Assembly (NCBI RefSeq): GCF_009914755.1
Contig: NC_060932.1
DNA from: the human T2T-CHM13v2.0 reference genome, Homo sapiens
Direction: 5' to 3' (one strand)
DNA: 64,000 nucleotides
Shown: one piece after another, positions 55,001 to 64,000 of the stretch
Layout: the number at the start of each line of letters is the position of its first letter
How positions within the stretch are numbered: the stretch's first letter is position 1
Position numbers and translations under genes: made by a program
The notes under the pieces: generated by a model
What the model saw: only the letters and a program-made list of their open reading frames with translations
Database searches by the model: none
What the model was told of the DNA's origin: nothing

Positions 55001-58000
55001 CATTCTTTTTGTAGAATCTGAGAAGAGACATTTAAGAGCCTTATGAGGCATATCAGAAAAAAAGAATATCCCCTTATAAAAACTAGACAGAAGCTATCTG
55101 AGAAACTGCTTTGTGATGTGTGGATTCATTTATCAGAGTTAAACCTTTCTTTTGTTTCAGCAGGTTGAAAAAAAGTCCTTTTGGTGACTCATTGAAAGGT
55201 CATTCTGGAGTCCATTGAGGGTTAAAAGATAAAAAAAGAGTATCCCCAGATAAAAACTGGAAAGGAGCTATCTGTGAAACTGCTTTGTGATGTGTGGATT
55301 CATCGCAAAAAGTTAAAACTTTCTTTTAATTCAGCAGGTTGGAAACATTGTTTCTGAGAAACTGTGAAGGTACATTTGGGAGAGCTTTGAGGCCTATGGG
55401 GAAAAAAACGAATATCCTCAGATAAAAACTAGAAAGAAGCTATGTGTGAACCTGCTTTGTGAAGTGTGGATCCATCTCACTGAGTTAAACCTTTCTTTTG
55501 ATTCAGCATGGTGGAAACACTCTTTTTGCAGAATCTGTGAAGGGATATTTGGGAGCTCTTTGAGGCCTGGGGGGAAAACCAAATATCCCCAGATAAAAAC
55601 TATAAAGAATCTATCAAAAAACTGCTATCTGATGTGTGGATTCATGTCACAAGTTAAACATTTCTTTTGATTCAGCAGGTGAAAAACATTCTTTTTGAGT
55701 ATCCCTGAAGGGACATTAGGAGCCCATTGAGGCCTACTTGGAAAATCCGAATATCTGCAGATAAAAACTAGAAAGAAGCTGTCTGAAAAACTGCTTTTTG
55801 ATGTTTGGATTTATCTCACAGAGTTAAAACTTCCTTTTGATTCAGCAGTTAGGAAACACTCTTTTTGGAGCATCTGCAAAGGGATGTTTGGGAGCCAACT
55901 GAGGCCTATGGGGAAAAATTGAATATCTCAAGATAAAAACTAGAAGGAAATTAACTGTGAAAGTGCTTTGTGATATGTGCATTCATCTCACAGAGTTAAA
56001 CCATTCCTTTCATTTAACAAGTTGGAAACACACTTTTTGTAGAATCTGTGAAGTTACATTTTGTAGCCTATGGTGGATAGGGGAAAAACCGAATATCCAA
56101 AGATAAAAAGCAGAAAGTGACTATAAGTGAAACTGCTTTGAGATGTGTGGATTAATCTCACAGAGCTAAACCTTCCTTTGGTTCAGCAGGTTGGAAACAT
56201 TCTTTTTGGAGAATCTGTGAAGGGACATTTAAATTCTCAAGGAGGCCTATGGGAAGAAAACCAAATATCCCCAGACAAAAAAAAAAAAACAGTAAGTTTA
56301 AACCATTCTTTTCATTCAGCCAGTTGGAAACACACTTTTTGTAGAAACAGTGAACTTACATTTGGTAGTCTATAGTGGATAGGGGAAAAATCAAATATCC
56401 AAAGATTGAAAAGTAGAAAGTGGCTATAAGTGAAACTGTTTTGATATGTGTGGATTCATCTCACAAAAGTCAACATTTCTTTTGATTCATCAGGTTGGAA
56501 AGACTCTTTTTGGAAAATCTACAAAGGGACTTTTTGTAGTAGATTGAGGCTTACAGGGAAAAACTGAATATGCTCAGACAATAACTAAAAGAAACTTTCT
56601 GTGAAAGTGCTTTGTGATGTGTGAATTCATCTCACAGAGTTAAAACTTTCACAGGCTGGAAACTTTCTTTTTGGAAAATCTGGGAAGGGATATTTGGGAT
56701 CACATTGAGGCCTATGGGGAAAAACCGAATATCCAGATATAAAAACTGCAAAGAAGTTATCTGTGAAACTGGTTTGAGACGTGTGGATGCATCTCACAGA
56801 TTTGCACCTTTCTCTTGATTCAGCAGGTTGGAAACACTATTTTTGGAGAATCCACACAGAGACATTTGGAAGCCTATTGTGGTCCATGGGAAGACCCGAA
56901 TATCCCCAGATAAAACTAGAAAGGATCTATCCATGAAACTGCTTCTTGATGAGTGTATTCAACTCACAGTTAAAACTTTCTTTTGATTAAGCAGGTTGGA
57001 AACACTTTTTGGAGACTCTCCAAAGGGACATTTAAGAGCCTATTGAGGCCTAAAAGAAAAAACTGAATACCCCCAGATAAAAACTTTGAAGAAATTATCC
57101 ATGAAACTGCTTTGTGTTGTGTGGATTCATCTCAGAGTGGTAAAGCTTTCTTTTTATTCAGTGGAATGGAAAGACTCTTTTTGTAGAATCTGCAAAGGGA
57201 CATTTGGGAGTTTATTTAAGCCTATGGGAAGAAATTGAATATCCCCACATAAAAACCAGGCAAAAGGTACCTGTGAAACTGCTTTGTAATGTGTGGATTC
57301 ATGCCAGAGAGTTAAAACTTTCTTTTGATTCAACAGGTTGGAAACTCTCTTTTTGGAAACTCTGTGAAGGGACATTTGGGAAACCATTGAGGTCTATGGG
57401 GAAAAAATGAACACCTCCAGATAAAAGCTAGAAAGAAGCTGTCTGTGAAACTGCTTTGTAAATGTGGATTCATCTCAAAGAGTTAAAACTTTCTTTGGAT
57501 TCAGCAGGGAGGAAACACTCTTTTTGGAGTATCAGTGAAAGATCATTTGTGAGACCTTTGAGGCCTATGGGTAAAAACAACTATCCCAACGTAAAAACTA
57601 GAAAGAAGCAATCTGTGAAATTGCTTTGTGATGTGTGGACTCATCTCTTACAGGTAAAGCCTTCTTTTGATTCAGCCACTTAGAACCACCCTTTTTGTAG
57701 AATCTGCCATGGAATATTTGTGAGCCCTTTGAGGCCAATGGGGAAAAATTAAATATCCCCAGATAAAAACTAGGAGGAAGCTATCCGTGAAACAGTTTTG
57801 TGATGTGTGGATTCATATCATAGAGGTAAAACGGTCTTTGATTCAGCATGTTGGAAGCAATCTCTTTGTAGAATATGCAAAGGGATATTTAGGAGCCCAT
57901 TGGGGCCAAGGTGAGAAACCAAGTATCCTCAGATAAAAACTAGGAAGATGCTACATGTGAAACTGCTTTGTGATGTGTGAATTCATCTCACAGAGTTAAA

Positions 58001-60701
58001 ATTTTCTTCTGACTCAGCAGGTTGCAGACACTCTCTTTGGAGAATTTGCAAAGGGATATTGGTGAGCTCATTGAGACCTATGGGGAAAAACAGAATATCA
58101 CCAGATGAAAACTAGAAAGAAGCTATCAAAGAAAATGCTTTTGATATGTGTATTCATCTCCCAAAGTTAAACCTTTCTTTATATTCAGCAGGTTGGAAAC
58201 ACTCTTTCTGCATAATCTGTCAAGGGACATTTGAAAGCCCAATGAGGCCTAAGGGAAAAAAGGAATATACCCGGATAAACACTAGAAAGAATCTATTTGT
58301 GAAACTTATTTGTTATGTCTGGATTCATCTCACAGTCTTAAATATTTGTATTGATTAAGCAGGTTGGAGACACTCTTTATGGAGAAAGTACAAAGGAATA
58401 TTTTGGAGCCCATTGAGGTCTACAGGGAAAAACTGAATATCCCTAGATAAAAACTAAAAAGGAGCTACCTGTGAAACTGCTTTGTAACATGTGGATTCAT
58501 CTCAAAGATAGGGACCTTTTTTTTTTTTTTTGACTCAGCAGGTTGGAAACACTCTTTTTGTAGAATCTTCAAAGGGATATTTGTGAGCCCTTAGTGGCCT
58601 GAGGAAAAATCCAAATATCTATAGATAAAAACTAGAAAGAAGCTATCTGTTAAACTGATTTGGATAGGTGGATTCACCTCACAGAGCTAAATCTTTCTCT
58701 TGATTCAGAAGGCTTGAATCACTATTTTTGGAGAATCTGTGAGGGGACATTTTGGAGCTCATTGGGGCCTATAGGAACAAATTGAATATCCCCGGACAAA
58801 AACCAGGAAGAAGTTATCCATGAAATTGCTTTGTGATATATGGATTCATCTCAAAGAGTTAAACCTTTCTATTGATTCAGCAGGTTGGAAACACTACTTT
58901 TGTAAAAGCTGTCAAGGGACATTTGGGAGCTTACTGAGGACTACGGGGAAAAACAGAATATCCCAAGATGAAAACTAGGAAGAAGCTATCTGTGAAACCA
59001 CTTTGTGATGTGTGGATTTATCTCATATAATTAAATATTTTTTTGATTCATCTGGTGAAAACACTCTTTTTGTAGAATCTGTGAAGAGACATTTGGGAGC
59101 CTTTTGAGGCCTATTTGGAAAAACAGATTATCCTCAGATAAATACTAAAAAGAAGCTATCTGAAAAACTGCTTTGTGATTTGTGGATTCATCTCATGGCA
59201 TTAAACATTTCTTTTGTTTTAGCAGGTTGGAAACACTCTTTTTGGAGAATCCATGAAGGGACATTTTGGAGTCCTTTGAGGCCTATATGAAAAAACAGAT
59301 TAACCACAGATAAAAACTATGAAGAAGCTATTTGTGAAACTGCTTTGTGATGTGTGAATTCGACTCACAGCATTAGAAATTTCTTTTAATTCAGCAGGTT
59401 GGAAACACCCTTTGTGATTATTTGTGAAGGGACTGTCTGTAGTCCATTGAGGTCTATAAACAAAAAAGAATATACCCAGATAATAACTAGAAAGAAGTTA
59501 TGCATGAAGCTGCTTTGTGATTTGTAGATTCACCTCACAAAGTTAAAACTTTCTTTTGATTAAGCAAGTTGGAAACACTCTTTAAGGAGGATCTGCGAAT
59601 GGACATTTGGGAGCGCATGAGGCCTATGGGGAAAAACAGAATATCCCCAGATAAAAACTATAAATAATCTATCTGTGAAACTGCCTTGTGAAGTGTGGCT
59701 TCATCCCACAGAGTTAAACCTTTCTTTTTATTAATCAGGCCAGAAACACTGTTTTTGGAGAATAGGTGAAGGGACATTCAGGATCCCATTGAAGTTTAAG
59801 GGAAAAAACTGAAATATCCCAAAATAAAAACTAGAAGGAAGCTAGCAGTGAAACTGTTTTGTGATGTGTGGATTCATCTCACAGAGTTAAGCCTTTCTTT
59901 TCATTCAGCAGGTTAGAAATACTCTTTTTGGAGAATCTGTGCAGGGACACTTGGGAGCACATTGAGGCCTATGGGCAATAATGAAATATCCCCAGATACA
60001 AACTAGAAAGAAACTATCAGTGAAACTGCTTTGTGATGTGTTGATTCATGCCACAGATTTAAGCCTTTCTTTTAATTCAGCAGATTTGAAATACTCTTTT
60101 TGTAGAATCTGCGAGGAGACATTTGGGAGCCCAATGAGGACTATGGGGAAAAAGAGAATATACCAAGAAAAAAACTAGAAAGAATATATTTGTGAAACTG
60201 CTTTGTGATGTGTGGATTCATACCACAGAATTAAACCTTTCTTTTAATTTAGCAGCTTGGAAACACCTTTTTTTCAGAAGTTGCAAAGGGACATTTGAGA
60301 GCTTGTTGAGGCCTATGGGGAAAAGGAGAATATACCCAGAAAAAAAAAACAGAAAGAAATTATCTGTGAAACTGCTTTGCAATGTGTGGATTCATCCACG
60401 GAGTCAAACATTTCTTTTGATTCAGTAGGTTGGAAACACTCATTTTGGAGAATTTGAAAAGGGATGTTAGGGTGCCCATTGAGACCTTTAAGGGAAAACC
60501 TAACAATCCCAGATAAAAACGAGAAGGAATCTATCGGTGAAACTCATTCATGATGTGTTGATTCACCTCACAGAGTTTAACGTCACTTTCTATTCAGCAG
60601 GTTGGAAACACTCTTTTTAAATATCTGTGAAGTGATATTTAGGAGCCCCTTGAGGACCGTGGGGAAAACCTGAATATTTCCATTAAAAAACTAGAAAGAA
60701 G
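25052..60701 (+). repeat. Monomeric alpha satellite array, segment 3
   Basis: Same 172-bp unit and orientation throughout; ends ...cattaaaaaactagaaagaag at the L1 junction. Confidence 0.97.
37454..37477. repeat. Perfect 11-bp inverted repeat with 2-nt spacer
   Basis: CTTTCTAGTTT-TT-AAACTAGAAAG; the left arm is the reverse complement of the normal monomer sequence. Confidence 0.9.
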
Positions 60702-60702
60702 C
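60685..60702 (+). repeat. Predicted left TSD and endonuclease site of the L1
   Basis: CATT/AAAAAACTAGAAAGAAG(C): a canonical TT/AAAA site 17-18 nt before the L1 junction. The right copy would lie outside the window, so this is unconfirmed. Confidence 0.65.
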
Positions 60703-62577
60703 ATCCCATCGATACCCAATTTATTGAGAGTTTTTAGCATGAAGTGCTGTTGAATTTTGTTGTAGGCCTTTTCTGCATCTATTGAGTTAATCATGCAGTT
60801 TTTGTCATTGTTTCTGTTGATATACTGGATTATATTTATTGATTTGCTTATGTTGAACCACCCTTGCATACCAGGGATGAAGCCCACTTGATCATGGTGG
60901 ATAAGCTTTTTGATGTGCTGCTGGATTCGGTTTGCCAGTATTTTATTGAGGATTTTTGCATCGATGTTCATCAGAGATATTGGTCTAAAATACTCTTTTT
61001 TTGTTGTGTCTCTGTCAGGCTTTGGTATCAGGATGATGCTGGCCTCAGATAATGAGTTAGGGAACATTCCCTCTTTTTCTATTGATTAGAATAGTTTCAG
61101 AAGGAATGGTACCATCTTCTCCTTGTACCTCTGGTAGAATTCGGCTGTGAATCCATTTGGTCTTGGACTTTTTTGGTTGGTAAGTTATTAATTATTGCCT
61201 CAATTTCAGAGCCTGTTATTGGTCTATTCAGAGATTCAACTTCTTCCTGGTTTAGTCTTGGGAGGGTGTATATGTATAGGAATTTATCCATTTCTTCTAG
61301 ATTTTAGTGTTGATTTGTGTAGAGTTGTTTATACTATTCTCTGATGGTAGTTTCTATTTCTGTGGGATCAGTGGTGATATCCCCTTTATCATTTTTATTG
61401 CATCTATTTGATTCTTCTCTCTTTTCTTCTTCATTAGTCTTGCTAGTGGTCTATCAATTTTGTTGATCTTTTCAAAGAACCAGCTCCGGGATTCATTGAC
61501 TTTTTTGAAGGGTTTTTTTGTACGTCTATCTCCTTCAGTTCTGCTGTGATTTTAGTTATTTCTTGTCTTCTGCTAGCTTTTGAATGTGTTTGCTCCTGAT
61601 TTTCTATTTCTTTTAATTGTGATGTTAGGGTGTCAATTTTGGATCTTTCCTGCTTTCTCTTGTGGGCATTTAGTGCTACAAATTTCCCTCTACAATCTGC
61701 TTTAAATGTGTCCCAGAGATTCTGGTATGTTTTGTTTTTGTTCTCATTGGTTTCAAAGAACATATTTATTTCTGCCTTCATTTCGTTATGTGCCCAGTAG
61801 TCATTCAGGAGCAGGTTGTTCAGTTTCCATGTAGTTAAGCAGTTTTGAGTGAGTTTCTTAATCCTGAGCTCTAGTTTGATTGCACTGTGGTCTGAGAGAC
61901 AGTTTGTTATAATTTCTGTTCCTTTACATTTGCTAAGGAGTGCTTTACTTCCAACTATGTGGTCAATTTTGGAATAAGAGTGATGTGGTGCTGAAAAAAT
62001 GTATATTCTGTTGATTTGGGGTGGAGAGTTCTGTAGATGTCTATTAGGTCCACTTGGTGCAGAGCAGAGTTCAATTCCTGGATATCCTTGTTAACTTTCT
62101 GTCTCCTTGATCTGTCTGATGTTGATAGTGGGGTGTTAAAGTCTCCCATTATTAATGTGTGGGAGTCTAAGTCTCTTTGTAGGCCTCTAAGGACTTGCTT
62201 TATGAATCTGGGTGCCCCTGTATTGTGTGCATATATATTTAGAATAGTTAGCACTTCCTGTTGAATTGATCCCTTTACCATTATGTGATGGCCTTCTTTG
62301 TGTCTTTTGATCTTTGTTGGTTTAAAGTCTGTTTTATCTGAGACCAGGATTGCAACCCCTGCCTTTTTTTTTGTTTTCCATTTGCTTGATAGATCTTCCT
62401 CCATCCCTTTATTTTGAGCCTATGTGTGTCTCTGCATGTGAGATGGGAATCCTGAATACAGCACACTGATGGGTCTTGACTCTTTATCCAATTTGCCAGT
62501 CTGTGTCTTTTAATTGGAGGATTTACCCCATTTACATTTAAGGTTAATATTGTTTTGTGTGAACTTGATCCTGTCAT
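60702..62577 (-). pseudogene. L1 ORF2 5' half (APE endonuclease, tower/Z region, start of RT), frameshifted
   Basis: ATG at 62577-62575; LSDHSAIKL encoded at ~61898-61872; broken into 5 ORF fragments; ends at ...[11 protein letters not shown] at the alpha junction. Confidence 0.93.
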
Positions 62578-62640
62578 TATGATGTTAGCTGGTTATTTTG
62601 CTCATTAGTTCATGCAGTTTCTTCCTAGCATCAATGGTCT

Positions 62641-63027
62641 TTACAATTTGGCATGTTTTTGCAGTGGTTGGTATCAGTTCTTCCTTTCCATGTTTAGTGC
62701 TTCCATCAGGAGCTCTTGTAGGGCAGGCCTGGTGGTGACAAAAAGTCTCAGTGTTTGCTTGTCTGTAAAGGATTTTATTTCTCCTTCTCTTAGGAGCTTA
62801 TTTTGGTTGGATATGAAATTCTGGGTTGAAAATTCTTTTCTTTAATAATGTTGAATATTGGCACCTACTCTCTTCTGGCTTTTAGAATTTCTGCTGAGAG
62901 AACAGCTGTTAGTCTGATGGGCTTCCATTTGTGGGTAACCTGACCTTTCTCTCTGGCTGCCCTTAACATTTTTACCTGCATTTCAACTTTGATGAATCTC
63001 ACAGTTGTGTGTCCTGGAGTTGCTCTT
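62641..63027 (-). pseudogene. L1 ORF1 C-terminal fragment (end of RRM plus CTD), disrupted
   Basis: Reverse complement begins AAGAGCAACTCCAGGACACACAACTGTGAGATTCATCAAAGTTGAAATG, homologous to the ORF1p RATPRHIIVRFTKVEMKEKMLRAAREKG region. It ends CATGCCAAATTGTAA (stop at 62643-62641), followed by the 63-nt inter-ORF spacer at 62640-62578. Confidence 0.88.

Positions 63028-64000
<973 letters not shown>

Larger units (their letters stand above)
60702..63027 (-). mobile_element. L1PA (primate LINE-1), inverted 5' segment: ORF1 3' part, 63-nt spacer, ORF2 5' half
   Basis: Minus-strand ORFs match L1 ORF2p ([94 protein letters not shown]). The sequence looks like L1PA3-L1PA6, but the exact subfamily cannot be called without the 3' UTR. 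Confidence 0.96.

Noticed and set aside
60639-61067. 142-aa ORF with a novel C-terminus (..[25 protein letters not shown])
   Set aside because: It is an L1 RT fragment reading through the insertion junction into antisense alpha satellite; no promoter or other support.

Overview
Primate (catarrhine-type, since AluY-like elements are present) pericentromeric DNA with no intact protein-coding gene. About 95% of the window (1-~60701) is one same-orientation array of roughly 350 diverged, monomeric alpha-satellite units. The consensus read by eye is 172 bp, with an A-type/pJalpha-like box and no CENP-B box, which fits an ancient inactive alphoid layer. Two full-length, CpG-decayed AluY-like elements interrupt the array (11406-11693 +, 24759-25051 -). 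The window ends in a 5'-truncated, 5'-inverted L1PA element (60702-63027 -, 63028->64000 +) with the signature of twin priming. Almost all ORFs in the track are translations of the satellite consensus. I found no convincing new biological system. The non-obvious structure is: (i) fossil multi-monomer duplications within the 'monomeric' array, both tandem 2-, 3- and 6-mers and dispersed blocks up to about 43 kb apart, one of which preserves an Alu-free pre-insertion site; (ii) one monomer position (ATAAAAACTAGAAAGA) hit repeatedly by insertions and A-run expansions; (iii) fold-back and templated micro-insertions and microhomology deletions. All alignments and counts were done by eye and are approximate.
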